Shown one piece after another: positions 26,429-36,579 of a DNA stretch of 39,118 bases (position 1 is its first letter; each line of letters opens with the position of its first letter). Position numbers and translations under genes: made by a program. Under the pieces are notes generated by a model. It was not told the DNA's origin. It worked only from the letters and a program-made list of their open reading frames with translations, and ran no database searches. The DNA comes from an uncultured Desulfovibrionaceae bacterium (GTDB lineage: Bacteria > Desulfobacterota > Desulfovibrionia > Desulfovibrionales > Desulfovibrionaceae): positions 1-39,118 of the forward strand of contig CAMQUX010000001.1 of NCBI GenBank assembly GCA_947037905.1, in the 5' to 3' direction.

Positions 26429-27862
26429 TTACAGTATGGGCGCAAGTAGTCGAGCAATACGTACCATGAGTTTGAAAAAAATATTTCTTTCGGTGTATTC
26501 TTCAGCTCTAACAAGGCGACTGAGTGTGAAATCTTTTTCGAGCATTTGCTCTGTTTTTTGAGCAAAATCTTTTCCTAAAATAATTGCTGTTAGTTCAAAA
26601 TTGAGCCTGAAAGAACGGTTATCTAGATTTGCAGAGCCAATAAAAGAGCAATCATCATCCACAAGCATTACTTTTTGATGCATAAATCCTGTTTTATATC
26701 TATAAATTTTTACGCCTGTTGAGATTGTTTCGTTTAAATATGCAAAGGAAGAAGCGTATACTAATTTATGATCGATATTATCTGGTAGGAGTATTCGTAC
26801 ATCAACACCTTTTAGCGCTGCAAGTTGCAGAGCAGAGACTATTGCAGAATCTGGTATAAAATAAGGACTTGCAATCCATACTCGTTTTTTTGCCTGCGTA
26901 ATTGCGTCTATAAAAAAGAGATTACATGTTTCTAAGTCATCTGCTGGGCTGGAAGGGAGAATGAGCGCAGATGCCGAGTCGGTGTTTTCATAATTACTAG
27001 GCAGTGGAAGTGAGAGTAGTTTTTTTGTTGCCCAGTGCCAATCTTCTGTAAAACTTATTTGTGCGTTTAAAACACTTGGACCTGTTAGACTTACAAATGT
27101 ATCTCGCCACTGTGTGAATTTTTTTCCTTTTCCTAAATATTCTACGCCAACATTTGCGCCACCTATATAGGCAGTATGCCCATCTATGAGTACTAATTTT
27201 CGGTGGTTTCTAAAATTTGTTTGAATAAGATTATTTTTCTTTGTGCTTGAAAAGAAAGGGAAAAACTCAATCCCATTCTCTGTGAGTGTGTCTCTAAAAT
27301 TTCTAATAAGCGCATAACTTCCTACTGCGTCGTAGAGAAAATATACTTTAACTCCACGCTTTCTTGCTTGAATGAGCGCTTTTGCTAGTGCTTTTCCAAG
27401 TTTATCATGCCTAATGATGAAAAATTCAAGCAGTATAGAATGTTCTGCATTTTTAATCCCTTTAAAAATAGCTCTAAAAATTTCAACGCCATCAATAAGC
27501 AAAGTGGCTTTATTTTCAAAAGTAAAAGGCATTTTTGCGAGCGCTGCAAATATGGTATATTTTTGAGGATAAACAGTTTGCTTGGTGGTTGTTTTTATTG
27601 TTTGATATTGTTTTGCTGCAAGCTCATAAATGGTTTTACTATGTCTTTTACGCAGATGTTTATAGCCTGAAAAACGTCTACGCCCAAAAATAAAAAAAAG
27701 AGGAATACCGAAAACGGGCAAAAAACTAAGAACCATAAGCCAAGCAATGGTGCCTTGTGATGTTCTTGTGTGCATAATAGCGTAGTACATGCAGTAAATA
27801 TAAAGAAGGGTATAGATAAAAATGAAAGCTGGATGTAGGATAAAAGAGAAAATAAAACTCAT
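26429..27862 (-). CDS. cls: Cardiolipin synthase
   Basis: Two N-terminal TM helices are followed by two PLD HKD motifs (HRKLVLIDGHTAYIGGANVG and HQKVMLVDDDCSFIGSANLDNRS). Confidence 0.92.
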   Translation of the reverse strand: MSFIFSFILHPAFIFIYTLLYIYCMYYAIMHTRTSQGTIAWLMVLSFLPVFGIPLFFIFGRRRFSGYKHLRKRHSKTIYELAAKQYQTIKTTTKQTVYPQKYTIFAALAKMPFTFENKATLLIDGVEIFRAIFKGIKNAEHSILLEFFIIRHDKLGKALAKALIQARKRGVKVYFLYDAVGSYALIRNFRDTLTENGIEFFPFFSSTKKNNLIQTNFRNHRKLVLIDGHTAYIGGANVGVEYLGKGKKFTQWRDTFVSLTGPSVLNAQISFTEDWHWATKKLLSLPLPSNYENTDSASALILPSSPADDLETCNLFFIDAITQAKKRVWIASPYFIPDSAIVSALQLAALKGVDVRILLPDNIDHKLVYASSFAYLNETISTGVKIYRYKTGFMHQKVMLVDDDCSFIGSANLDNRSFRLNFELTAIILGKDFAQKTEQMLEKDFTLSRLVRAEEYTERNIFFKLMVRIARLLAPIL

Positions 27863-27960
27863 GTTTTGCCCTTGTGTAAAGTCTAGATATTTATATAAGA
27901 ATGTATTTACTCGGAAAAACGAGAGTTTAAAATATATGCACAGAGTTTATACTCTTTTTA

Positions 27961-28285
27961 TAGGTTAGTTTTGTAGAAAGCACCATAAACAGGCACTCTG
28001 TTTTCTATATTGTATCTTTTATTTACAAAAATATGAGCAAATAGACTCTTTATTTTATATGCTAGCTGATTTTTCTTTTGCATGAAGCAGACAAGCAAAT
28101 AGAAGTTCTCTTTTTATATAATAGTTTATTTTTTGCAGAAATAGGAGCAAATAAGCGCTCTATTTTATATATTTGCTTTTATTTATAGAAATATAAGCAA
28201 ATAGAAGCGCTCTTTTTGTATAGTAGCTTACTTTTTGCAGAAATACGGGCAAATATAAGCAAATAGAAGCTACTTTCTCATAAGC
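27961..28285. repeat. About six degenerate tandem repeats of 50-62 nt
   Basis: The core gcaaatag(a)agc..ctcttttt.tata recurs with starts at 28037, 28095, 28147, 28197 and 28259, with a weaker copy near 27985. Each copy is preceded by a ttttgcagaaata-like segment (for example at 28130 and 28232). Confidence 0.7.
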
Positions 28286-28335
28286 TAAATTACTATTATA
28301 AATATATTTCTTAGGAGAAAATAATGTAACACTTT

Positions 28336-30930
28336 CTATTGAACAGTAAAGTTTAAGGCGTCATTTTGTATAGATATAATTACTGTCTGTTCTGGTTTTA
28401 ATTCTCCTGCAACTATCATTTTTGCTAAATTTGTCTCGATGTTATTTTGTAGATAACGTTTTATTGGTCGTGCTCCATATGCAGGCTCGTAAGAATTTTC
28501 TGCGATAAATGCGAGAGCAGTTTTATCTATTATGAGTATTATTTTTTGCTCATCTAGTCTTTTTTGTGTGTCCTCTAAAAGAAGCGTGATTATTTTTTCG
28601 AGTTCCTTTTTTCCAAGAGGATGAAAAAGAATAGTCTCATCAATTCTATTTAGAAATTCTGGTCTAAAAGAATCTTTGAGCATTTCGAGCACTTTTTCTT
28701 TTGTGCCCTCTTTAAAGGTGCTATCTTCTTGTATCCCATCTAGCATATACATGGCGCCAATATTTGAGGTCATGGCAATTATGGTATTTTTAAAGTTCAC
28801 AGTGCGCCCTTTGCTATCTGTTAAGCGCCCGTCATCAAGAATTTGCAAGAGCACATTAAAAACATCAGGGTGCGCTTTTTCAATCTCATCAAAAAGAATA
28901 ACCGCATATGGTTTTCTTCTTACTGCTTCTGTTAACTGCCCGCCCTCATCATAACCAATATATCCAGGAGGCGCTCCTATTAAGCGTGCGACTGTATGTT
29001 TTTCCATGTACTCGCTCATATCTAAACGGATACTATTTTCTTCTGTATCAAAAAGAATTTCTGCTAGCGCTTTGCAGAGTTCAGTTTTCCCAACCCCTGT
29101 TGGCCCTAGAAAAAGAAACGAACCTATTGGTCTTTTAGGATCTTTTAGTCCTGCTCTGGCTCGAATAACAGCATTTGAAACTGCTGTGACTGCACTATCT
29201 TGTCCTATCACTCGTTTATGCAACTCATCTTCTAAATGCATAAGTTTTTCTCGCTCACCTTCTAGTAAGCGACTTACAGGAATACCAGTCCAGTGAGCTA
29301 TTATATGTGCTATATCATCACTTGTTACTTCTTCTCGTAAAAGACTTCTGCCAGTTTTATTTTTGTTTTTCTCACTGAGCTTTTTTTGCAGTTCGTGCAG
29401 TACAGAATATTCTAACTCTGCGGCTTTATTATAATCGAGCTTTCTTTTTGCCTCTTCTATTTCAAAGCGTGTTGTTTCTATCTGTTGCTTGAGGGTTCTT
29501 TCTTCTTCTATGCTATTTTTTTCTTTTTCCCACTGTGTGAGCAAACTTACTTGTTCTTTTTTGAGTTTATTTAAATCGAGTTCAAGTTTTTGTAGTCTGT
29601 CGTGTGATGCGCCATCTACTTCTCTTTTGAGCGCTTCTCGTTCTATTTCAAGCTTTAAAACTTGTCGATTTATTGTATCGAGCTCTTCTGGATGAGAGTC
29701 TATTTCTGTACGAATGAGCGCTGCGGCCTCATCTATTAAATCTATTGCCTTATCGGGAAGTTGCCTGTCACTTATGTATCTGTGTGAAAGTGTTGCTGCT
29801 TCTACAATAGATGAGTCACTTATGCGCACCCCATGATGTACCTCAAAGCGTTCTTTTAAGCCCCTAAGAATTGATATGGTATCTTCTACTGTTGGCTCAT
29901 CTGCTAGAACTGGCTGAAAGCGTCTTTCAAGGGCTGGGTCTTTTTCTATATAGGTTCTATATTCACTTGTTGTGGTTGCACCTATACAGTGCAGTTCTCC
30001 TCGTGCAAGCATTGGTTTTAGTAAGTTGCCTGCGTCCATTGCGCCATCGCTTTTTCCTGCTCCTACTATGGTATGAATTTCATCTATAAAAAGTATTATT
30101 TCGCCATTTGAGCTGCTCACTTCTTTGAGTACTGCTTTTAAGCGTTCTTCAAATTCTCCACGGTATTTTGCGCCCGCTATGAGCGAGCCCATATCGAGTG
30201 AGAATATTTTTTTATTTTTTAATCCCTCTGGCACATCTTCGTTTACTATACGCTGTGCGAGCCCTTCAACTATGGCTGTTTTTCCGACCCCTGCTTCACC
30301 AATTATTATAGGATTATTTTTTGTGCGCCTTGAAAGTATACGAATGACTCTGCGTATTTCTTCATCTCGCCCGATTACTGGGTCTATTATTCCTTTGCGA
30401 GCATCAGCTACAAGGTCTCTGCTATATTTTTCTAAAGCCTCGTAACTTGCTTCTGGATTATCTGAGCTTACTTTTTGGTTGCCTCTTAGCTTTGTAAGAG
30501 CTTGTAAAATTTTATTTTTATCGAGCTTAAAAAGTGTATTCACTCGCCCAATGGGGGAATTTGCAGATTCTTCACTTGCGCTTAAAAAAAGATGCTCTAC
30601 GCTTGTAAAATCATCGTGCATTTGTTTTGTTATATCTTCTGCACGTACAAGGAATGTATTTGCCCGTTTTGTTACCGCAATTTGGTCAAATGCGGCACCA
30701 TGTCCGCTTATGCTTGGAACTTTTTTGAGCTCTTTGTCTATTTCTTCTGTATATTTTTTTTTGTCCACAGAACATTTTTCAAGAATACGTGGAACAAGCC
30801 CCTCTTCTTGTTCGAGGAGGGCTATAATAACATGCTCAACATCGACTTGCTGGTGCCCACGACGTATGGCTTCGCTTTGCGCAGAAAGAAGTGCTTCTCG
30901 TGTTTTTGTTGTTAATTTTTCAGGATTCAT
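28336..30930 (-). CDS. clpB: ATP-dependent disaggregase ClpB
   Basis: 864 aa with a Clp N-domain and two AAA+ modules with Walker A motifs ([13 protein letters not shown] and [13 protein letters not shown]). A long coiled-coil middle domain lies between them. Confidence 0.97.
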   Translation of the reverse strand: MNPEKLTTKTREALLSAQSEAIRRGHQQVDVEHVIIALLEQEEGLVPRILEKCSVDKKKYTEEIDKELKKVPSISGHGAAFDQIAVTKRANTFLVRAEDITKQMHDDFTSVEHLFLSASEESANSPIGRVNTLFKLDKNKILQALTKLRGNQKVSSDNPEASYEALEKYSRDLVADARKGIIDPVIGRDEEIRRVIRILSRRTKNNPIIIGEAGVGKTAIVEGLAQRIVNEDVPEGLKNKKIFSLDMGSLIAGAKYRGEFEERLKAVLKEVSSSNGEIILFIDEIHTIVGAGKSDGAMDAGNLLKPMLARGELHCIGATTTSEYRTYIEKDPALERRFQPVLADEPTVEDTISILRGLKERFEVHHGVRISDSSIVEAATLSHRYISDRQLPDKAIDLIDEAAALIRTEIDSHPEELDTINRQVLKLEIEREALKREVDGASHDRLQKLELDLNKLKKEQVSLLTQWEKEKNSIEEERTLKQQIETTRFEIEEAKRKLDYNKAAELEYSVLHELQKKLSEKNKNKTGRSLLREEVTSDDIAHIIAHWTGIPVSRLLEGEREKLMHLEDELHKRVIGQDSAVTAVSNAVIRARAGLKDPKRPIGSFLFLGPTGVGKTELCKALAEILFDTEENSIRLDMSEYMEKHTVARLIGAPPGYIGYDEGGQLTEAVRRKPYAVILFDEIEKAHPDVFNVLLQILDDGRLTDSKGRTVNFKNTIIAMTSNIGAMYMLDGIQEDSTFKEGTKEKVLEMLKDSFRPEFLNRIDETILFHPLGKKELEKIITLLLEDTQKRLDEQKIILIIDKTALAFIAENSYEPAYGARPIKRYLQNNIETNLAKMIVAGELKPEQTVIISIQNDALNFTVQ

Positions 30931-30982
30931 TGTGTAAATCTTCCTTTATATAATATATTTGCTTTATGTAATTTAATTACTT

Positions 30983-31957
30983 TTAATCACGTGCTTTAAA
31001 AGTTGAAATATTAGCAAGTTTTTCCCATAGTTCTTGTTCTTTTTTTGAGAGTTCTTTAGGATTTTTTATTATGATACGAACAAACTGATCGCCTTTTTTA
31101 GTGTCTTTTCCAAGTCCGTGTTCTTTTACGCGGAGTTTCATGCCACTATTTATACCTTTTGGGATATTCATTTCAAGTTCTTTATCGAGTGTTGGAATAC
31201 TTACTTTTACTCCAAGCACTGCTTCCCATGGGGCTAAATGAAGATCATAAATAATATTTTGCTCTTCCACACTAAAAAGAGCATGTTTTGCAAAGGCTAT
31301 TTTTAGATAAAGGTCGCCGTTTTCGCCACCATTTTTACTATGAGTTCCTTGACCTTGCAGGCGAATTTTTTGTCCATTTAAAATACCTTGCGGAATTGTA
31401 ACCTCAAGAGTTTTAGGAACAAGGCGTGAGTAACCATTATCATCAGCTAGTTTTGTTTGTATGGTGACTTCTTTTTTTTGCCCATGGTAAGCTTCTTCTA
31501 AACTAATATTTAGAAGCACCTCTATATCACTGCCTTTTTTTGGCTGTGCTTGTTGAGAAAATCCTCCAAAATCGTCAAAGTCAGCACCACCACCGCCACC
31601 TTGTCCACCAAAGAAAGATTGAAAGAAATCGCTAAAATCTGCACCACCAGCTTGCCCACCACCAAAAGGACTGCCGCCACCATAGCCTCCGCCACCTCTG
31701 CCACCAAAGGGGTTGCCTCGAGATTGTTGCTGTTGGTCCCAGTTAGGGCCTAGAGTATCGTACATTTTACGCTTTTCAGGATCTTTTAGTACTTCATAAG
31801 CCTCGTTTGCTTCACGAAATTTGCTCTCGGCTATTTTGTCATCTGGATTTAAGTCTGGATGATATTTTTTTGCTATTTTTTTAAAAGCTTTTGATATTTC
31901 TTCTTGGCTTGATGATTTTGAAACATTCAGTACTTTATAATAATCTTTATAGTCCAT
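30983..31957 (-). CDS. cbpA: DnaJ-class co-chaperone lacking the zinc finger (CbpA-type)
   Basis: J domain DYYKVLNVSKSSSQEEISKAFKKIAKKYHPDLNPDD, a long G/F-rich linker, and C-terminal substrate-binding domains. There are no CxxCxGxG repeats. It ends 52 nt upstream of clpB on the same strand. Confidence 0.88.
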   Translation of the reverse strand: MDYKDYYKVLNVSKSSSQEEISKAFKKIAKKYHPDLNPDDKIAESKFREANEAYEVLKDPEKRKMYDTLGPNWDQQQQSRGNPFGGRGGGGYGGGSPFGGGQAGGADFSDFFQSFFGGQGGGGGADFDDFGGFSQQAQPKKGSDIEVLLNISLEEAYHGQKKEVTIQTKLADDNGYSRLVPKTLEVTIPQGILNGQKIRLQGQGTHSKNGGENGDLYLKIAFAKHALFSVEEQNIIYDLHLAPWEAVLGVKVSIPTLDKELEMNIPKGINSGMKLRVKEHGLGKDTKKGDQFVRIIIKNPKELSKKEQELWEKLANISTFKARD

Positions 31958-32171
31958 GGGTATCCTTCTATAGAAAATGCGTTATCTAATTAAGTAAAAA
32001 GTATTATCAAATTGTCAATAAAACAAGCATATTTATTTATAATATAATTTTTTTTTAAGGACATATATAAGAAAGTATGGTAAGGTTTTAGATAAAATAC
32101 AATTATAATAACAGTCTATGCTCTTTTCTTATATTTAGCATATTCTATTTAATTATAAAAGGGAGAAAAGC

Positions 32172-32678
32172 ATGAATGATTTACAGGCATTAACAGCGCA
32201 AGAAGTGCATGAGCGTTTAGTTAAAGGGGATATTTTTTTAGTAGATGTGCGTACGGAAGAAGAAAGAAACCAAGCTTTTATAAAAGAGAGCGCTTTCTTG
32301 CCGTTAGAGATGGTGTCGCAGGAGCAGTTGGGCAACTACACAATAGCAGATAAGCAACTTGTATTTTATTGCAGAAGTGCGATGAGATCAAAAAATGTGG
32401 CAGAGAAAATTGTTCAGTACCAAGGGAAAGATGTTGCTTACATGCTTGGTGGAATAAGCCAGTGGCAACAGGACGGCTACGAGCTAGAAACTAACGTAAA
32501 TGGCATAAGTGTTCAGGGAAAATTAAAAATCATGACGGGCGGTATGCTTGTGCTTGCATCGGTACTTGCTTGGCAAATTTCGCCTTGGTGGCTTTTACTT
32601 AGTACAGCGATTGGTCTGCGGATGGCTCTGTCTGGTATGAGTGGTGCTTGTTTTCGTAAGGGATGTGCTAAAAAATAA
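32172..32678 (+). CDS. Rhodanese-domain protein with C-terminal membrane segment (YgaP-like)
   Basis: Rhodanese fold with the active-site loop FYCRSAMRS. The C-terminus has two hydrophobic helices and a terminal Cys-containing tail, as in YgaP/DUF2892 fusions. An AGGGAG SD precedes the start. Confidence 0.8.
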   Translation: MNDLQALTAQEVHERLVKGDIFLVDVRTEEERNQAFIKESAFLPLEMVSQEQLGNYTIADKQLVFYCRSAMRSKNVAEKIVQYQGKDVAYMLGGISQWQQDGYELETNVNGISVQGKLKIMTGGMLVLASVLAWQISPWWLLLSTAIGLRMALSGMSGACFRKGCAKK

Positions 32679-32928
32679 TGCTCGTAAAATAGTCTAAAGA
32701 GCTATTTTATCTAGATTATTTTTATCTGGGCTATTTTTTGAGGCTCTCTTTCTTTAAAACTTTGCTTTTTATAAAGATTTTTCATGTAAATATTTTACTA
32801 TGACGACTTTTCAATTTTATTATTTATTAATTTTATTGCTAAGTGAGCTATTCTTTATAGACAGGGTAAAAAAGAAGAAGTATTCTCTCTTTTCAAATTA
32901 AAACATTTTGTTTGATTGGAGGTAATAT

Positions 32929-33198
32929 ATGTTTCTATGGCAGGTATGCGCAGTTCTTATTGCATTAGGTCTTTCTATCTGGGCGTTCTTTTTTCCACCA
33001 CGTGGTATCATGTGGAAAATTTTACGCACTCTTGTAGCATGGCTTATACCATATGCATATATAACACTCTCTTTAATTGCATTTTTTACTCAAGATGCTT
33101 GGGTGAGTATTATCTTTTTAGTACAAGCTCTTACTATGTATTTATTTTTTATTCGCACGGCTCCATCGCCTGAAAAATTGCTTGAAGAAGCAGAGTAA
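32929..33198 (+). CDS. Small integral membrane protein (89 aa)
   Basis: A strong SD (GGAGG) lies 7 nt before the ATG. There are three hydrophobic helices. Confidence 0.55.
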   Translation: MFLWQVCAVLIALGLSIWAFFFPPRGIMWKILRTLVAWLIPYAYITLSLIAFFTQDAWVSIIFLVQALTMYLFFIRTAPSPEKLLEEAE

Positions 33199-33217
33199 TT
33201 TTAATTGTATTAAATAT

Positions 33218-33292
33218 AAAGGTCTTCTTAAATAGTATCTAGTATTTATACGAAGTATAGAACTTTATACTGTTTAAGAAGACCTTTTTTTA
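33218..33292. terminator. Bidirectional terminator-like long hairpin between convergent genes
   Basis: aaaggtcttcttaaa (33218..33232) and tttaagaagaccttt (33273..33287) are exact complements, giving 15 bp around a ~40-nt loop. There is an A-run on the 5' side and a T-run on the 3' side. Confidence 0.55.
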
Positions 33293-33330
33293 TCAGTTTT
33301 TATTAAGCGAGCGTGATGAGTTTATTTATT

Positions 33331-33603
33331 TTAAAATTGTAATTTATTTAACTGGTTATTGTTTAGTTCCGCATCTGTTTTTTTGCTAAAAGTGAGTAGT
33401 GTTTTTCCAAAATCATTTTCAAAAGTAATATTCCATATACCACCTGAACCAAAGCTATTTTGCATTTCAAGCTCTATACCTTGGCGGATGAAAAATCGTA
33501 TTGTATTTTCCTCGCAGGCATTCAGATTTTTTACAATCTCTGGCACAAGTCCGCAAACTACATGGTTTAAGTCTATAATTCCCGCAATTTTTATATCTAT
33601 CAT
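33331..33603 (-). CDS. Hypothetical protein (90 aa)
   Basis: The ORF has an AAGGAATGAG SD-like sequence upstream. I recognise no motif. Confidence 0.4.
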   Translation of the reverse strand: MIDIKIAGIIDLNHVVCGLVPEIVKNLNACEENTIRFFIRQGIELEMQNSFGSGGIWNITFENDFGKTLLTFSKKTDAELNNNQLNKLQF

Positions 33604-33837
33604 ATTCTCATTCCTTAAATACCTTTCTATACATATTTTAGTATTTTTAATACTTATGTATAATTAAGTTTAATATTTATGTTTGTATTTTAGTTTCTAA
33701 TTTTTGCGCACAATTAATTTCTCATACCTGTTCGTATTTTGAGTTCTAATTTTTGCATATAAATAATTAATTTTAAATATCTGCATATAAGTGCTTTAGT
33801 TTTATAGCTAATTCTTTTATTTTTTGAATATTTATTT

Positions 33838-35283
33838 TTATTTTCCAATACAGAAGGAATCAAAAATAGCATTTAAGATATCTTCTGAGGAAATTTCGCC
33901 TGTTATTTCTGCAAAGAGTGTACAGACAGTTTCAAGGCGCACTCCGAGTAAATCGTAAGGGATAGACATTTTTGCGTCAATAATGAGCATTTCAAGTTCT
34001 TCTTGCGCTTTTTTTAATACAGTTGCTTGTCGAAGATTTGGAACGCTTGTGTCAGGGTCTGGCATTTTATGTTCTTTTAAGAGAATTTCTTGTATTTTTT
34101 TAGAAAGCGCATCAATATTATCGCCAAATTTTGCTGCAATTTCTATGGTTTGAAAAGATTTTTTCTCAAAAAATTCTTTATGCTTGTGCTTAGAGCTTAA
34201 ATCAGATTTATTCAGTACAATAAGTGTTTTTTTAGGATCTAAACTATCAAGTGTGCCTATAATATCTTTATGAATTTCTTCTGTGTTATCAAGTAAGAAA
34301 AGTACTAAATCAGCCTCGCTTGCAAGCTCTTTTGCATGCCCTATGCCCGTTTTTTCAACAATATCTGTGGTGTCTCGTAGTCCTGCGGTGTCTGTTATAC
34401 GAACAAGTAGTCCGTCTAGATTAAGAGTTTCTTCAAGATAATCTCTTGTTGTTCCAGCAATATCTGTAACTATTGCTCGCTCTTTGCCTAAAAGGGCGTT
34501 TAGTAAGCTCGATTTACCTGCATTTACTCTGCCTAAAAGTACACACAAAGTGCCTTCTCTCCACGCTTTTGTGCGCTCAATACCTATTAGTAATTTTTGT
34601 ATTTCATCATAGACATTTTGAGTGGTTGTGAGTAGCTCTTCTGTGGACAAACATTCGAGTTCTTCTTCTGGAAAATCTACTGCAATGCACATTTGTATAC
34701 GTAAATTTTCTAAAAGGGCACGTAGAGTTTGGATTTTTTGCCCAAGAACGCCAGAGCGCTTAATTTGTGCTAGCTGTGCGGCTTCTTTTGAGGGAGCGTG
34801 AATAATCTCTGCTACTGCTTCTGCTTGTGTTAAATCTATTTTATCATTTAAAAAAGCTCGCAGGGTAAATTCACCTTTTTTTGCAAGCCTTGCTCCTAAT
34901 TTTATTACTTCTTCTAAGATACTTGTAAGGAGTGCCTGTCCGCCATGGCAGTGTAGTTCTATAATATCCTCACCAGTAACAGAATTTTCTTTTGGCATAT
35001 AGGCGAGTAATATATCATCTAACAGAGTTTTTTTATCATCAAAAATATACCCGTAATGTAGCGTGTAGGGTTTAAATTTCTGAATATTTTTTTCACTTTT
35101 AAATATTTTTTCTGCGATAAAAAGGCTTTTGTCTCCACTTATGCGAATAACCCCAAGTCCACCATCACCTTTTGGTGTGGCAATGGCTGTAATTGTATCT
35201 GTATGCTCGCTTATATTCACATTTAATCCTTTAAAAAAACTGTTTATTCCTTGTAGTTTATAGCGAAATGATATAAATGTCAT
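33838..35283 (-). CDS. mnmE: tRNA uridine-5-carboxymethylaminomethyl modification GTPase MnmE
   Basis: DTITAIATPKGDGGLGVIRISG N-domain, G-domain motifs GRVNAGKSSLLNAL and TDTAGLR, and the C-terminal CIGK motif. The first ~20 codons look like an extension. GTG at 35220 (AAAGGA upstream) is an alternative start. Confidence 0.93.
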   Translation of the reverse strand: MTFISFRYKLQGINSFFKGLNVNISEHTDTITAIATPKGDGGLGVIRISGDKSLFIAEKIFKSEKNIQKFKPYTLHYGYIFDDKKTLLDDILLAYMPKENSVTGEDIIELHCHGGQALLTSILEEVIKLGARLAKKGEFTLRAFLNDKIDLTQAEAVAEIIHAPSKEAAQLAQIKRSGVLGQKIQTLRALLENLRIQMCIAVDFPEEELECLSTEELLTTTQNVYDEIQKLLIGIERTKAWREGTLCVLLGRVNAGKSSLLNALLGKERAIVTDIAGTTRDYLEETLNLDGLLVRITDTAGLRDTTDIVEKTGIGHAKELASEADLVLFLLDNTEEIHKDIIGTLDSLDPKKTLIVLNKSDLSSKHKHKEFFEKKSFQTIEIAAKFGDNIDALSKKIQEILLKEHKMPDPDTSVPNLRQATVLKKAQEELEMLIIDAKMSIPYDLLGVRLETVCTLFAEITGEISSEDILNAIFDSFCIGK

Positions 35284-35328
35284 GTAAATTAATCTAATTT
35301 TTTTATAATTTTTTATAGAGATGTTTTA

Positions 35329-36243
35329 ATGGGAATCATAAAAATGCAAACGCTAACAATCGTAATCTGTACCTATAATCGCAGTTTCTTTTTAGAGAAA
35401 TGCTTAGAATCTTTACTGCGTCAAACAGTATCTCTTGATACATTTAATGTTCTCATAATTGATAATAACTCTACCGATGATACGCAAGAAATGGCAGAAT
35501 CTTTTCAAGATAAATTTCCACATTTCGAGATAATATTTGAGCCTAACCAGGGCTTAAGTTATGCAAAAAATACAGGCGCGGCAAAAGCGAGTACAGATTG
35601 GGTTGCTTTTCTTGATGATGATGGTGAGGCGCATAGTAATTGGGTTGAAAAAATATTTGAGACCATAGCAAAAAATGAATATGATGCTTTTGGCGGAATT
35701 TATTTAGCTCTATATAGATTCCGTGAAAGGCCTAAGTGGTTCTTGCAATCATGGGATAGTTCGGCTGGCGGTTATGTTGGAGGTAATGCAGTATTTTTGC
35801 GCGCAGCAGTTATTGCTGCTGGAGGGTTTCCCACTGATAAAGGAATGGTTGGAAATAAAATTGCATATGGAGAAGAAACTGTTTTATTCTTAAATTTACA
35901 GAAACAAGGTAAAAGAATTGGTATGGTTCATGATTTAATTGTAGATCATCATACGCAGTTATATAAATATAGTTTATGGTGGTCAATAAAGAGCTCTTAT
36001 CGTTCTGCTCGCGATAGTTTTTCTATTTTTAAAATTAAATCATTGCACACATTTAGCCGTTTATTTTTTGGATTAATATATAAAATATTAGTGCTCCCAT
36101 TTACAGTTTTATACAGATTCGCTTTTAGGAAAGAATATTTTTGGCAAAATGCGGTCTTAGATTGTTGTAGACCAATAGCATCTATTTTAGGAAGCATGGT
36201 GGGCTTTTTAAAAATGAAGGGGAAAAAAAATACTGAGAAATGA
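35329..36243 (+). CDS. Family 2 glycosyltransferase
   Basis: LTIVICTYNRSFFLEKCLESLLRQT, IIDNNSTDDT and FLDDDG (DxD) motifs, with a hydrophobic C-terminal segment. Confidence 0.85.
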   Translation: MGIIKMQTLTIVICTYNRSFFLEKCLESLLRQTVSLDTFNVLIIDNNSTDDTQEMAESFQDKFPHFEIIFEPNQGLSYAKNTGAAKASTDWVAFLDDDGEAHSNWVEKIFETIAKNEYDAFGGIYLALYRFRERPKWFLQSWDSSAGGYVGGNAVFLRAAVIAAGGFPTDKGMVGNKIAYGEETVLFLNLQKQGKRIGMVHDLIVDHHTQLYKYSLWWSIKSSYRSARDSFSIFKIKSLHTFSRLFFGLIYKILVLPFTVLYRFAFRKEYFWQNAVLDCCRPIASILGSMVGFLKMKGKKNTEK

Positions 36244-36541
36244 GGATAATTTTTTGTGTGTTTTAAAATATATATCCCAGATAACAAGCTCTATATTAGA
36301 AAAGAGTACTCAGTATTTAGTTTATGCAATATGTCGTTTTATTATGCCATATTGTTGTGCCGTATAGTTATGCAGTATAATAGTATCGTTTCATTTTTAT
36401 ATAATTGTACTAAGCAGAAAATATCTTGCGTAAAGAAATAGGGTGAGTGCGAAAAAAGTAGCATATAGAGAAAATAGAGCACCTAAAATAGAGCAAAGCA
36501 ATTGTTTATCTAAGAAATAACTCAAGTAAAATATATATGAT

Positions 36542-36564
36542 AAGAGCGAAAGCTCTTTTTTTTT
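36542..36564 (+). terminator. Rho-independent terminator inside a long non-coding gap
   Basis: aagagc (36542..36547), a GAAA loop and gctctt (36552..36557), with the T run continuing to 36564. Confidence 0.6.
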
Positions 36565-36579
36565 GGCATATAAATTGCT
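36564..36579 (+). promoter_or_regulatory. Sigma-54-type -24/-12 promoter match
   Basis: TGGCAT-ataaa-TTGCT, with the consensus GG-to-GC spacing (G36566 to G36577 is 11 nt). It was the only such match I found by eye on either strand of the window. It lies 415 nt upstream of the next ORF. Confidence 0.35.

Noticed and set aside
27961-28285. Possible CRISPR array, given the regular ~50-60-nt periodicity.
   Set aside because: The whole unit, not just a short repeat, is similar between copies, so there are no unique spacers. The copies are degenerate rather than near-identical. No cas genes or leader are nearby.
36256-36441. 61-aa ORF in the glycosyltransferase gap.
   Set aside because: It has no SD, and its composition is dominated by AT-rich codons (I/Y/F/N/K/C). 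I treat the region as non-coding.
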